A stretch of 62,261 bases of DNA, the filler included, from Basidiobolus ranarum (Eukaryota): assembly GCA_040143965.1 (NCBI GenBank). It is 5 parts of 5 records of this genome, joined end to end, with 100 filler letters (N's around TTAATTAATTAA, not from the genome) between each part and the next. Parts side by side here need not be neighbours in the genome. Positions count along the whole stretch, not along the records: positions 12,488 to 24,866 come from JASJQH010000547.1; positions 24,967 to 37,337 come from JASJQH010000548.1; 3 more parts are not named here. One strand, 5' to 3'. Positions 12,705-25,920 of the stretch are shown here, piece by piece (positions within the stretch are counted from its first letter, which is position 1; every line of letters begins with the position of its first letter). The position numbers and the translations under genes are program-made. Below the pieces are notes generated by a model that had not been told where the DNA came from, did no database searches, and worked only from the letters and a program-made list of their open reading frames with translations.

Positions 12705-13274
12705 TAGACATAGGCTTGGCTGAATATGCTCTAAAAGACAGGGTTTTTGCTAATTTGCAAGATGTATATTAATCAACTTGAAATAGAATATTTCAACCTT
12801 TGAGTATATATTTAGATTATATACCAAGTATCAATGACCTATCAGAGTTAACTCTGTATTGGAATATATGATGAGTTTTAACTATCTTGAAGATTCCTAG
12901 AGTGTTTGGTTGTAGAAAAGACATAGTCTCCTTTAATATTAGTGCCAGATTATATCAGCCTCCTCCCATTGCGAGGCTACTTTGATGCTTTCCAACTTCC
13001 TGAAGATATCCCTTGTTACCTCTGAGCTCCACAAATAAATCCCAATGATTTATTTAGCATTTCAACTGCATGTCTCCACTATACTCGAATAAATGGACAA
13101 TCAGTTCCAACAATCACGAGACTGTGACCAAGTTAGTTAAATTTAGTTGAGATGTGATTGACGTATGTCTCATCTAACTTTTCATAAACATTAATACCAC
13201 GACTGAATTTAAACAGTCAGAATCTTCGCGTTAGCTATTTCAGACTCAAACGATCGTTTCCTTTAACTAAAAAC

Positions 13275-15377
13275 ATGGAAGACTTTGATTATAATGCAGT
13301 ATCTTGGGATACTGGTGACACAACAGAAATCAATACCAACGATCCATTATCTATATTTGATAAGACTACGGATGCTACAACGTCTCTAAACTTTTTCGAC
13401 GAAGAACATGAAAACTCACCCTTTACGTACCCAACTGAATCCAACAAACAACAGCAAGAGACCTCATCCACGGTATTATTTATTAAGTTTATTTTCTTTG
13501 GGAAAATACTCTGACTGAGTTTTTCTTTATTTCATATACTCAGCCTAAGACGGAAGTAGAAGAAGATAACGCCCAAGCATCTACTTCAAGAAGTCCACCT
13601 TTAACCACTTCAATCAAGCCCCTTACTTCGGTACAGATGAAAGTCACTATCACAGATCCTCAAAAAGAGTACGAGGGAACTACCGCACAACACATCTCAT
13701 ACTTGGTTACCACAGAGGTAAAGCATAGAAGCTTTTGTTATTCTAGAATTTCTTTTATTTTCCAAAAACTCAACATTTATTTATCTGGTTAGACCGAACT
13801 ACAATCTTTCCCTAAACCTCATATACAAGTACGTAGAAGATTTCAAGAGTTTGTGTGGTTACACAATACTCTTGCTTACGAATACCCAGCATGTATGGTA
13901 CCTCCACTACCAGAGAAACATCGAATGGGTAAGTTATAGAAATGACCATATTTCCTACTGGTTATTTCTCACGTTATTTCTTTAGAATACCTTAAAGGGG
14001 ATAGATTTGGTCAGGAATTTGTTGATAAGAGAAAAGACAGGTGATTCTTGAGTAACGATCTTGATAACATTATTTCATCATTAACAAAGGTTGAATCTTT
14101 ATAGTCTTGAACGTTTCTTGCAAAGAGTCGCTCGTCACCCTACTCTCCAAAAAAGTGGATGTTTAAGAATCTTCCTTACTTCTGATAAATTTGTTAGTAG
14201 AATACATATTAATACATGACAATAGAATAGCTATTAATTTTGTTGAATACCTTAGTCAAGTGATTCAGCTGCTCGTACCAAAGGAGAGGGAGTTTTAGAG
14301 AATCTTGGAGATGCCATTATCAATGCATTCACTAAAGTTCAGAAACCTGATAATCGATTCTCTGAAGTGAAAGAAAGCATTGATAAATTTGAGGAAAACC
14401 TTCATACCATTGAGAAACTTTACCAAAAGATTATCAAGAAGCAGAACGGTAATATATGGTAATCACTCATCACTATTAAGGAATGATATTAATCTGCTAT
14501 AGAACTTGAATCGGAATACGCTGAACTTGGAACTGAGGTGAAAGGGCTCAGTGAATTGGAGACTAGAATTGCTGAACCTTTAACGAAGTTTGGTGAAGCG
14601 ATTGATAAACACACTTCTGCTACAAAACAAATGGTAACCTCCATAACATCCCAATTGAACCGAATCACCATAATTAACTTGATCCTTATGTTGACTCTAG
14701 ATCAGCCAAGAAGAAAGTGCATTCCTCAGTCAGATTCATGAATACATTAGCTACTGTGCTAGTATCAAAGTACATGGGTATACATTACTTTTTTCTCATC
14801 GAACAACACACTCACACTTGAACATCTTTAGGGAGTTATGAAGTTACGTGAACAAAAACAAGTGGATTTTGAAGAACTCACAGAATTCCTTAATCAACAA
14901 AAGAATGAACGTGAAAAACTCGTCAATCACGAAAAAGCATCTGGACTTTCTTCATTTATCAAAGGAAAATATGATGAGATCAAGGGCGTAGATCAGGAAA
15001 AATCAAGACAACTAAAGCTCGAAAAAGTAGAAGCTAAGGTTAAGGAGGTAAGCAACCACTTTTATCGTCCATACCAGCGGTTCAATTGCTCATCATAATA
15101 TATTAGCTTGAGGAAGCGGTGAATAGTAGCAACGATGTATCGGTAAAGTTCTCAGAGGAAGTTCTTAAAGAATTTGAGGTGTTCCAGGCCTCCAAGACGA
15201 TTGATCTGAAGACATCATTTAACGACTACTGTCACAGTCAAGTGGAGTATTATAAAACGGTAATGTTGTTCAACGCAATTCATTGATAGAGTATTATATA
15301 TCGTACTAACTCATGTACAGGGAATCTCTATTTGGGAGGAGATTATTCCTGTTCTGGAGGGTATTCAACCACAGTAG
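13275..15377 (+). CDS. SNX4: Sorting nexin-4 / Atg24 (PX-BAR), 11 exons
   Basis: Spliced translation across 10 GT-AG introns: ITDPQKEYEG..HISYLVTT, VRRRFQEFVWLH..EYPACMVPPLPEKHRMEYLKGDRFGQEFVDKR, LERFLQRVARHPTLQ, MKLREQKQVDFEELTEFL; stop TAG 15375-77. Confidence 0.9.
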
Positions 15378-15564
15378 TTATACATTCATTATATGTAAAT
15401 CAGTATCAATCTTAACAATAAAGTTATTTATGATCATCATCATAGTTACACGTGACCTAAGAGAAAGTAAGTAAAAAAAGAAAAAAATTCGATACGCATA
15501 CAAACTATTTAGTAAAGTCAAATTCGTGACCAAAACTTCTTAACGAGTTTCAAAGTTTTACACG

Positions 15565-16070
15565 ATGTCTGACGAGGAAAATGATAACTGGGATATGGAG
15601 CCTGTTGTACGTTTTAACCTTTTCTTAACCCTACTCAAATCATGGATATATATTGAACCTGGTTTTTCTTTAGGATGAGCAGGAGCCTGAGGAGGAACTT
15701 GAAGATAATGATTTCAACCAACAATCCATGATTATACAAGACATAAACCACGAACCGGTGGAAAATAGAGAAAAATTCACGACTCCTTATATGACGAAAT
15801 ACGAAAGAGCACGTATATTAGGAACGCGAGCTCTTCAAATAAGGTATTATTTATGTGCTATTAGCAAAAGGTATCAAACAACTATAGACTTACACGTCAA
15901 ATTACTTTAGTATGAACGCACCTATTATGATTGAACTCGATGGTGAGACAGATGCCTATTCTATTGCCTTGAAGGAACTTCGCGAGAAGAAGATTCCCTT
16001 CGTTGTGAGACGTTTCCTTCCCGATGGAAGTTATGAAGACTGGAGTGTTAAGGATCTCATCATAGACTAA
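15565..16070 (+). CDS. RPB6: RNA polymerase I/II/III subunit RPABC2, 3 exons
   Basis: Acidic N-terminus, [54 protein letters not shown]. Confidence 0.96.
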
Positions 16071-16409
16071 ACTCATCTTAACTTAATTGCACTTCTCAAC
16101 TTGCTCGTCTCCAGTATTTCTTGGATGACCAAAGAGTCTGTTTATAACTTCTCTGATAGATATACGTTCATCTTAAATAAAACCAACTTATTAATTCCAT
16201 CCAGAGCTTGCATGTTTGAATGCCAAATATTTCATTAATTTCCACTTTTGTTTGCATGCTTGAATATCTTCTTGATACTTGGATCGATAGAAATTGGCCA
16301 ATCACACTGCATAATTCAAGGACCTTTTTTTTTCCAGAGTAATATGGTTTTATGAAACCAAATTTACAAAGTGGTTCTTTCTTTCTCTTGCTTACCGAAG
16401 TTTGAAACA

Positions 16410-16729
16410 ATGGAAAACGATCAAGGTGTTCTCGTCGATTTGTACGTCCCCAGAAAGTGGTATGTACATAAACAATTCTTTTCTTCTTCGTCACGCCTCT
16501 AACTTAGTCGTATCATAGCTCTGCCACTGGCCGTCTCATTCCTGCCAAGGATCACGCTTCTGTCCAAATTAACATTGGTGAAGTCGATGCTGAAGGTCGT
16601 TATACCGGTGCTTTCCAAACCTATGCTTTCTCCGGTTTCGTTCGCAAGCTCGGTGAATCTGACGATTCTCTTAACCGCCTTGCTACCAAGGACGGTTTCT
16701 TGAAGAACGTCTGGTCTTACCAAAAGTAA
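16410..16729 (+). CDS. RPS21: 40S ribosomal protein S21 (eS21), 2 exons
   Basis: [37 protein letters not shown]...[11 protein letters not shown]; one GT-AG intron inside the Cys codon. Confidence 0.97.
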
Positions 16730-17160
16730 GAAACTTCCCCTCTCCTCCAAGTTAGGGAAACGTTAAGCATTTTTTAATCGTATAAACAATAAACTGCGTT
16801 TTCTTGCCATAGTCTCTATGTATCATCATCTTGATATACATCTATTCGAATCAATTGAATAGTAAATTCATTCCATTCCATCCCTAGAATCTGGCCATTT
16901 TCAAGGATATTTGGAATATATTTGTTAACTCGAGATTGAAAACGATTTGATACTAAAGAATTGAATTGATTTCCTATTATATCAAGTATACTATTTGCGA
17001 TAGCTATGATGAAAAGAATATTATTTTACTTAGCTCAGGGTTTTTAACCATTGCTGGTATAACTTTATCCTAGCAACCACTGAACTTAGTAAAGTTTCAA
17101 GAATTTACTGGTGTATATATATTATACCAGAACCATCTTAGTAACGAAACTGCGATTGTG

Positions 17161-19974
17161 ATGGCAGATTCGTTTTTTGGTTTCAATACTACTCTTCCTC
17201 CTCTGTCTCCACAGGAGCGACAGAATTTTCAAAGGGGTCCTTATTCACCTAATGGGAATGGTGTCAACAACTTAAACAATCAATTCAATTCTCTTCACGT
17301 CAAAGAGGAGTATCCAATTTTAGAAGAAGAGAAGTACGATCATTTGGGTGATCAGCTACGTGAAGGAAATGATGACTTAAACGATGAAACCTTCGGCTCT
17401 ATTGGAGGTTCCAATTTAAGTGAGTTTATATTTTTTTATTCTTTTGTTTTGATTGGTCTCCCAAGGATCTTTCTACATTTACTTTTTATTTTTGAATTGG
17501 TGAAATCTGAGTTATACCATAGATATCACTTTATTTTTCAAGAGATTGGGTTGTTATTTCACTTGGAAATAGTCAACTGAGGAGTTTCTTAACGTATTAT
17601 TTAATGTGAGTTTTTCTTATTAATTAAAAACTTTCTTTACTATAAATAGGTCGAGATTTTGACTTTGCCGCTAATACCGATAAAATCGCAGCTACACTTG
17701 AAAACGAGCAACGTCAATTATTTGGTAACAGAAAACCTACTCAAAATGCCGGTTATGAACAATATGGTAAGTTTTTAAATTCTTCTTTTACTTGAAGTGT
17801 TAATTATAACAGAGAGTTAATTATGAATATTTCATTTTACTTGAAACTTTAAAGGTGCCCAAAAGCCTTCTCGTAATTCACTTGCTTCATTATGGGGTGA
17901 GGATTCCGGTCCTCAAGGTCCTAGAGGATATGATAAGACTTATGATTATTCTGAGTTGGTTCACTCCCCAGTATCACCTGCACCGCCTAAACATCAAGAT
18001 ATTTGGAATTCACCATTAGATGTTAATCGAGGTAAGATCAAGTAACATTAACGATAGATGAATGCTACATAAAGCCGAATTTCTAAAATCTTCATGGTAT
18101 CTCCATTATAGAAAGTCCCTACGGTTTGAATCGAAATAACTCTTATGGAGATGGTGGTCAAAATGAACTTGGATATTCGTCACCTAGAAATCGTCCAATC
18201 TCTCTTAATCAACCACCCAATGATCTTAACTATATGTCACCAAGAACTCGACCTGCCATGCTTGGTAGTCCACGTACTGAACCTGCATATATGTCACCTA
18301 GAAATCGAGCTGCTCCTCCTCCCGGTGTGATGTCTCCCGCAGGAGGTAGATATTCGTTGGAGGAGATTGAAGGACAACTCCTTAGATCTTTGCCTCAGAG
18401 TGGAATGCCGAACAATATGCAAGGTTTTGAAAGACGAGGAATTGAGTTAAACGAGATGGAGGCACCCCGAAACATCCCTAATGCGAATTATCTACAAAAC
18501 TATGAAAGAGAAGCGATATTCGCCATGAAACAGCAAAGATTAAGAGAAAAACTTATGAGAATTGTAAGTTGAATTTATTTCATTGAATCTTCTCTCCATG
18601 AATCCATTCCATTAACCATGATTCTTGTAGTCTCGTTATAATAATCTTATGACTCAAAGTGATAAAGATTACATCTCTCGTATTCAAATATCACAATTGG
18701 TTACGGATGATCCTTATGCTGATGACTTTTATTATCAAATGTATAACGTGTTTAATAAGAAAGTGGATGCTGATCTTTCTTCCCCTGCTAATGAGAAGAA
18801 TCAATTGGGTGGACGTCGCGGGTTGACTAGAATGCAACAACAAATTAAAAGAGTTGTGGATGAGGCGAAACGTAGACCTAGATCCACACAATTCTCTTTG
18901 GAAGGCGCACTGGGTAAAATCGCCCTAAAATCCGTTAAAAATCCCAAACAAATCTTACAAGTTAGTAGTAAACAAAATGAAGAAACTGGTGGCTCTTCAC
19001 CTATCCCCGAAGCGAAATCTGCACCCAACAGTTTAAGTGATAGAAAGATGACCTTAAGAGTGATCGAGAATGTTTACAACAAGACTCTCGAATTGGAGCA
19101 ATTGATGAGACAAAAGCAAAAGGATCCACGTATTCGTCAAGATCAAGAAAGTTTGGAGAAGTGGGTTCAAGCATGTGAGGAAATCATCTCGGAAATTTGG
19201 GTAGAATTGGGTTCTAATAATCCTATTTCACCTGATTATCCCCATCCTTTCATCAAGTTCCTTAACATCTCTAAAGGAAAGAAATTGATCCCTCGTATCC
19301 TTCGACATGCAGTTCCCGAGAAAGGACTTAGTATGGTGACTACTTTGATCGCCAACTTTGAGAGCTTGAATGTATGTCGCAATGGAATCTTTACCCCTCA
19401 AACGAATATCTCGCCCGAAGCTTTGGAAGAGATCGATCTATTCGTGAACACGGTGATTGCCTCTCTTCTAGAAAGATTCATCATGGAGGTTCCTTTGAAG
19501 ACCATCAATGGATTGCTCTCAGTCTTCATTGAGAGGAACAACATCGCATGGGTAGCTCGCAGTAAAGCAGGGCTCTGTGTCCTAACCATGTTCCTTACAC
19601 GAGCAGTTATGTTGAAACAAGGAGCTGGAAGCCATCAAGGATTTGTCCCAGATGAGGTAGAATTAGCACAATGGAACGAAGTCTACACCGAACTCTTTGC
19701 TCAACTTCAGTATCATTTTGGTATGATATTCCCACCAAGTAACACTATCATCGATGATCTCTATGTTTGGGAGTTTTTGGCTGCGTTGGGATCTCAAGCA
19801 ACCTCACAGCAGCAACATGTACTTGTTACTGAGGTTAGAGAGAAGATTTATGAGAATTTAATGGCTGCTACATCGGGACAATTGCCACCAGACGCTGCTC
19901 AACATAAATATTCGAATGTGAATTTGTTCCTTCATTCATTAGGACTTGATGCCTCCCAAATCCCTCTTCGCTAA
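17161..19974 (+). CDS. PAT1: mRNA decapping activator PAT1, 5 exons
   Basis: N-terminal SFFGFNTTLP and DDLNDETFG; YNNLMTQSDKDYISRIQISQL..DPYADDFYYQ; LEGALGKI..SVKNPKQIL; KGKKLIPRI; C-terminal NVNLFLHSLGLD. Confidence 0.94.
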
Positions 19975-20374
19975 TCTCATATTACGCTCGATAGTATATA
20001 TTGAACCAATACAAATTCTTCCCCACAATCCCTTACATCCTTGAATTTTGTGGGGGGATTTTTCTTGAAGAATTACACTACTCTTTAGCTTTATTTGAAG
20101 GTTATATCAAGAGAATTGTGGATGGATTTGTAACTGAAGAAAACTCCCGAAATTATATATATAAAAGAAAATCCAAAATTTTATTACCACAATTTTGACA
20201 AAAGTCAACACATAAAATGAATAAATTCCTGATAATGCTTGGATTTATTGGTAGAGTAAGAGGGTAATGAGGTTAAAAGTGGGAGTTAAACAAACACTAG
20301 TAGTTCGCTTTCTAACGATAACATTAAACTATTGGAATGGTTTCCCAAAAATAAGTCCGTCTAAATTGGAGAAT

Positions 20375-20666
20375 TTATTGGGACTTAGATAATTGCCAAG
20401 CGGAGGCAACGAAAGGAAGAGCGTATCCGAGACCGAATAAACCGACCATCTTGGCGGCAAGAGCCTTTCTGTTCTTAACATCGAAAGGCAAGTGCTATGA
20501 TTGTTTCGAGAATAGATTTTTCAAAGTTTAGTCAGTTGGAAATAAGAAAAATTTAAAATATAGATAAACTTACATCGCCATTCTTGTTCTCGAAGTGATA
20601 AGCACTTCTGGATACGTTAGGACGAACAAGGGAGCGGGAACGAATGGCAGCACGAGCGAAAATCAT
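20375..20666 (-). CDS. COX7C: Cytochrome c oxidase subunit VIIc (yeast Cox8-type), 2 exons
   Basis: Spliced: Arg-rich presequence MIFARAAIRSRSLVRPNVSRSA, then YHFENKNGD/HLPFDVKNRKALAAKMVGLFGLGYALPFVASAWQLSKSQ*. Confidence 0.85.
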
Positions 20667-21073
20667 ATTCCTTGAGGGTTTAGTGTTAAAAGAAAGGGAA
20701 GAAGAACCTATACGATAATTTAAGCGAGCTTCATTCAACTGTTTATACAATATTAATCCCCCAGAATTACTTGGGGTAATGGGTAAAAAGTTTTTTAATT
20801 ACTTCTTATTCTATATTTATTAAAAAATAGATTCAAATTTCTCCCCAGACGTCTAGTTACAAGTAATTGACCGGAAATGTATACCCCAAACCCAAAATAA
20901 CCATCAGAGTGCATGAACTTTGAATTAAACTTGGACAGAGTTGCTAATTGTTGGTTAACTTGAGTTTTATTTATCGAAATGTGATGCTGATGGAGAGCAA
21001 GAAAAGAATGCGGGGAGATTTGTATATGTGGAAACAATTAGATTTGTTGGTCTATGTGGACGATGGACAAGAA

Positions 21074-22131
21074 TCAATCAGTTCCTTTGAAGTCATCCTT
21101 GGTAAGGCCACCAGTGTGGTTTGACCATACAAGTTTGATTCTTTGCTGTCTCTCAGATCTGGTAGCCTCACGAAGGGTACCATCTTTCTCACGAATCCAA
21201 ATCTGACGATCTGTGATATCCAATTTTTTGTTGGTATCAGTGAACATGAACTTCCAACGTTTGGTAGTTTCGGTACTATCTTTACGAATGATACGAGGTT
21301 TCTCTTCAACATGAGGTTGAACAACAGTTTCTTGTTGCATCTCGTCTTGAATTTGTTGGAAAGGTTTACGGTTGAGTACCTTAGCAGCATCCACTGGAGT
21401 AAAGCTTATGTCTTCCTCAACCATCTTGAAGAAAGGCTTGGAGACTCTTGGAACTGTTTCATCGATAGGTTCTGGAGCAATACGATTATCCACGCCCATC
21501 ATACTCTCCATTCCCTTGCGGAACTGAGTTTGCAAGTTGAATCCCTAATCAAAATAAACTTAATAACGAATAAATAAAGAAAACGAAAGAGAAGACTCAA
21601 TACCTTGTTAGCCAATTCTCTTTCGTGAGTTTTCAATTTGATGATAGCTTCAACTCTTTTCAAGGATAGACCATATTTAGTAGCCAACTTTCTGGGAGTC
21701 CAAGTAAGTGGTTCATAAGAGTAAGTTTTAAATATTTCCTCTTTGATAAAGTCCGAAACAGGAGGAGAAGGTTTGAAAAGTGGATTCATAGGGAAAGGTG
21801 TATCATAAACATAATTGGTTTGTCCCCAAACTGGTTTCTCAAAACGTTTACCTTCGGCTGCGAACCATAAAGTAGAGTTTCTTAGTTTTCCCTCTGGTAA
21901 TTTATCTTCTTCCTCCTCCTCTTCTACTTCAACCGATTCTTCATTTTGTTCCTGATTATCATTTTCTCCTTCTACAGGTGGTTTATCTCCATCCTTCTCC
22001 TCGAAAGTAGATAACCCATTATGAAAGTGAGAGATAGGAGTGTAGGCAAAGCCACGAGTTTGACGTACTAGAGTCAAAGCTTGAACATGGAGACGAAGGC
22101 CTTTAACAAGATTTTGAGTAGTTAACAACAT
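21074..22131 (-). CDS. Mitochondrial small-subunit ribosomal protein mS45 (Bot1 / yeast Mrps35 family), 2 exons
   Basis: Presequence-like N-terminus; PFPMNPLFKPSPPVSD, RKLATKYGLSLKRVEAIIKLK, FTPVDAAKVL, RWKFMFTD..IWIREKDGTLREA; a GT-AG intron at ~21545-21603 joins the two ORFs. Confidence 0.82.
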
Positions 22132-22554
22132 AACTTCTAATAATACGGTAGGGTAATTTCCTCCGTAAGTTTAATATATCTTCACAACTTTACTCAGTCG
22201 ACTAAACTGGTAAAGAAGAAATAAAATGATAAAGATAAGTCAACCACTACTGAATTTTACAAATTTACTGATATGAATACAATTTTTTCAACCTTGCTCG
22301 AAAGGAATTTCCCTTTTTTCTGGAATCAATGCTCATTCTAGAATCACAACACCTTGACGCGATGGACAGTTGATGGACTATTTAATATCTTGACATTACC
22401 GTTTTGCCGATCAGGATCACGAATTGGATAATAGAAACATAATCAAGCTACTAACTAATATAGCTATGTGATGGGAACGTTTCGGATTCAAGTGTTATAT
22501 GTTGGGCGGGTACAATGAATCCAACACTTCGAAAGATACATAGCATAAAATGGA

Positions 22555-22606
22555 TTCCATACATTCCAATTCAATCCAATTCAATCCAATCCCGTCCAAC
22601 CCAACC
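22555..22606. repeat. Pentamer microsatellite (TCCAA/TTCAA)n with three CCAAT boxes
   Basis: TTCCAATTCAATCCAATTCAATCCAATCCCGTCCAACCCAACC in the divergent mS45/HSF intergenic region. Confidence 0.6.
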
Positions 22607-22997
22607 TTCTACTGAATTCTCACATGGTTAATAATGCAATGGTTAGTGAATCAATAGGTTCTATTGTACGTTACTCTGGGTCAGTCACTAGCAGTTGTTT
22701 AAACATGAACCATATATATCTTGGCTATTTGGCTTGTTGGTTAAAACTTGAACTTCCTTGAATGGGACTTGTTTCATGCTCATTGGCGGATAACAGCGAT
22801 TTATCTAGTAGCGCTGTAGCCACCTTGAGTATATAAAAAAATATGAATAGAACGGATACAATTAATTTCAATTGCGCACAGAGGATAGCGGAATAAGCAG
22901 TGAATACGTGATGGGCCAAAACCTATTTAAGATTGTCAATCATTCAGCCTTATCTTATATAAAGACTACAATTCCTCACTAGCCACACCATTTCAAA

Positions 22998-23922
22998 ATG
23001 CTATCAGGACATACAACTAAACTTTGCATGAGGATATCTCCTTTTGTGTGGAGTCTTTACAAGTAATATCTTTCTTTTATTTTTCATACCTGGTTAAGAT
23101 TCTCTATTGCTAACTTGATGATGCTTTAGAATACTCTCTGAAGAGAGCTACTCCGATATAATAGCCTGGGAGCTGTCTGGTACCAGATTTATCATTAAGG
23201 ACCCCATCAATTTAGCCTCAAAAGTGCTTCCTCAACACTATGAAACTGATAAGTTCACTTCGTTCTCTCGTCAATTAAACGTAATTTGTCCAAGTACAGT
23301 TGTTTATTATGTAATGACATGTTAACATTTTGAAAAGATTTATGGCTTCTACAGACATTCTGACCGGCGGAGGAGTAGGCAAAGTGGCAATAAGTCTATG
23401 ATAATCTATTCACATAGACATTTCAAACGAGATCAACCAAATACTTTTCATCTTATTCAACGAAGATTGGGTCCATATTCGCTAGTGAAAGTAGAATCCT
23501 CAGTTCCAAAAGAAGTTACAACTACTAAGCCAATGCCATCCTCCTCATTACCTTCCCCAAATTTATCTACATCCTCACCTATCAACACGCGGCAAACCTC
23601 TCAACATGAAAATGAATTCCAAATCTTGAAAGAATCACCTAACACCTGTTCAAATTGTAAAGCTCTAGGCCAGGAAATAGACCATTTAAGTGGACTGATT
23701 CAATACTACATGTCTATACTAAGCGAACCATCAACGTTGAATCATTTAAAGCCTGTATATGATCAAAATACTGAGTTATTTTCATACCTGACCTCACCCC
23801 CTTGCTCCCCGAAAGGAACCTTCTCTTATGCAAATTTTTATCCTGATCTCAATTCTTATAATTACTCTAATGCTACATCAATAGTAGACACCACTTTACT
23901 TCCCCATAATCCCTACTATTGA
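22998..23922 (+). CDS. HSF-type DNA-binding domain transcription factor, 3 exons
   Basis: Spliced: PFVWSLYK/ILSEESYSDIIAWELSGTRFIIKDP..VLPQHYETDKFTSFSRQLN/IYGF..YSHRHFKRDQP..LIQRR, then an S/P-rich tail; TATATAAA near 22957. Confidence 0.9.
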
Positions 23923-24866
23923 TCAGGAATAAATAAATGTTACTTCATTGCATACGTACCATCTTTTCATACCAAAAGAAGTAAGTACTTGACTAAGTTA
24001 ACTGTAGGGGTTTCACTGACTGATGACTGAGCGAACTCTGTGCGTAGATCTCTAACTCTATATTATTATTATTTGTAAAGTAGATTATCAATTGATCTAA
24101 GAGAGTGTTCGGTCATGTCAATAACAAATCCCAAACCCAGAAACCCATACCAGAGTCTCATTTAACGAATGATATTCAAGAGTGTTAGGGACATCAAGGC
24201 GACGAATGGTGAATCCTGAATCCTATATCCTAAACACCCTTCTAGCATTCCATTTAACGTAATGATATACTGGTACTGGAGCTACACAAAATGAATATAA
24301 ATCAATAATACAAGAATATGAGAGTTCGTGTATCCTATGACGTTTGTCGCATTGATACTTGTTAATACTTATATGGTTATTAAGTGATCCGTTATATGAT
24401 ATGGAAACTAGAGGCCAGTATCAGATGCTACACCAAAGTTCCCCTGGATGTCCAAAAGGTCTGGCGAGAGATGAGTAGGATCCGGGGATATTCGACTCTC
24501 TAGCTAGCTGACCACTCTCCTCAGCTATTATCCACTTAAGAAACATTCAAGAATTGGCGCATATATTACATGTAATTGGAATATACTATTGAGACATTGA
24601 AAGTTATTAGATATGTCCTTGTAATCTGATATCATGATTGGTTTTATGGAGGAAAAATGATTTTACCATTGACATGCTTGATTCCAGTTAGTTGGTTGTA
24701 CTATCTCTCTTGTGAATTGCTCCATGTATTAAACTTTTCAATATCATTTGTTTCGTTGCTGAGTAATCATTTATTTCCTAGGATCCGTGATAATTACCGA
24801 TACGAAGCCTCCTGTGAGGAAGAAGATGAAAGTATGAAGCTATGCTAAAATAGCCCTACTTTATTA

Positions 24867-24966
24867 NNNNNNNNNNNNNNNNNNNNNNNNNNNNNNNNNN
24901 NNNNNNNNNNTTAATTAATTAANNNNNNNNNNNNNNNNNNNNNNNNNNNNNNNNNNNNNNNNNNNN
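24867..24966. other. Artificial 100-nt gap with six-frame-stop linker
   Basis: N-run with central TTAATTAATTAA. Confidence 0.97.
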
Positions 24967-25094
24967 TGAAGCATTGTCTGAGCAGTGATCAAGACAGTTG
25001 ACTAATAACAAAAGGCATATGTCAACAGCAACAACTGATATAGTCTATGTAGTGTTAACAAATCTGATTAATTGCAGAAGACATGGTAAAAAGA

Positions 25095-25920
25095 CATAAG
25101 TGGTATGGAATATACTAAAAGGAGAGGTTACACATTGCTAAATATAATCATCAACTACCTGAGATATGTTGCCAAGTAAGTTGTATTATGGGAAGTACTA
25201 AAAGGAGAGATTATGCAATGCCAAAGTAAACTATTAAATACCAAAGATAAAGTGCCAAATTGTATGCATTGTGGGAAATACAAAAAGTGAGGTGATGCAT
25301 TTGCTCAAGAATACCATCAAATAGCAAAATGTTTGGTACCAAAAAACAAGCAGTATTGGAAACACCATAAGCTAGGCATAGTGCCAAAGAGCCCTATTAA
25401 ATGACCCAAGTCAAGATGCTTAGAAACACTATGGGTGGTATGCCAGGTATCAATAGAAGTGGCTATATAGTGCTAAGACTGCTGACAAATCACAAAAGGT
25501 ATGAAGTAAAAATCTTGTGATATTGGAAGGCCTAAAAGTTGAGGCTACACAATACTAAAGAATGCAGACATACAACTCAGGGCATGGTGCCCACTAACAA
25601 GTGGTTTAATAAATACTACAAACAGAGGCTACACAGTGCTTAATAGCACTGTTAAACAACCAAAGATGTGGTGCTGAGACACTGGTGGCATGGTAAGCAC
25701 AAAAAGGAGAGGCTATGAAGTGACAACAATATTTTAGAAATGACTAAAGTTCTGATGCTAAAACATATATATAAATGAGGGCCTACGCAGTGCTAAAGAT
25801 TATCATCAAATGATCAAAGGAATGTAACCAAATAAGGAGCTGTTTGGCAAGGACTCAAGGCAGAGGTAATGCAGTGGTAAGAACTGCTTGCAAAGTATAA
25901 AATATATGATGTAAAAAGTT
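25095..25920. repeat. Degenerate tandem array, ~10 units of ~84 bp
   Basis: Anchor GAGGCTAYRCAGTGCTAA-like motif at 25124, 25207, 25289, 25373, 25459, 25541, 25625, 25709, 25777, 25863. Confidence 0.75.

Noticed and set aside
25095..25920. CRISPR-like periodicity
   Set aside because: Eukaryotic context, no invariant repeat with unique spacers, no cas genes; similarity spans the whole unit.
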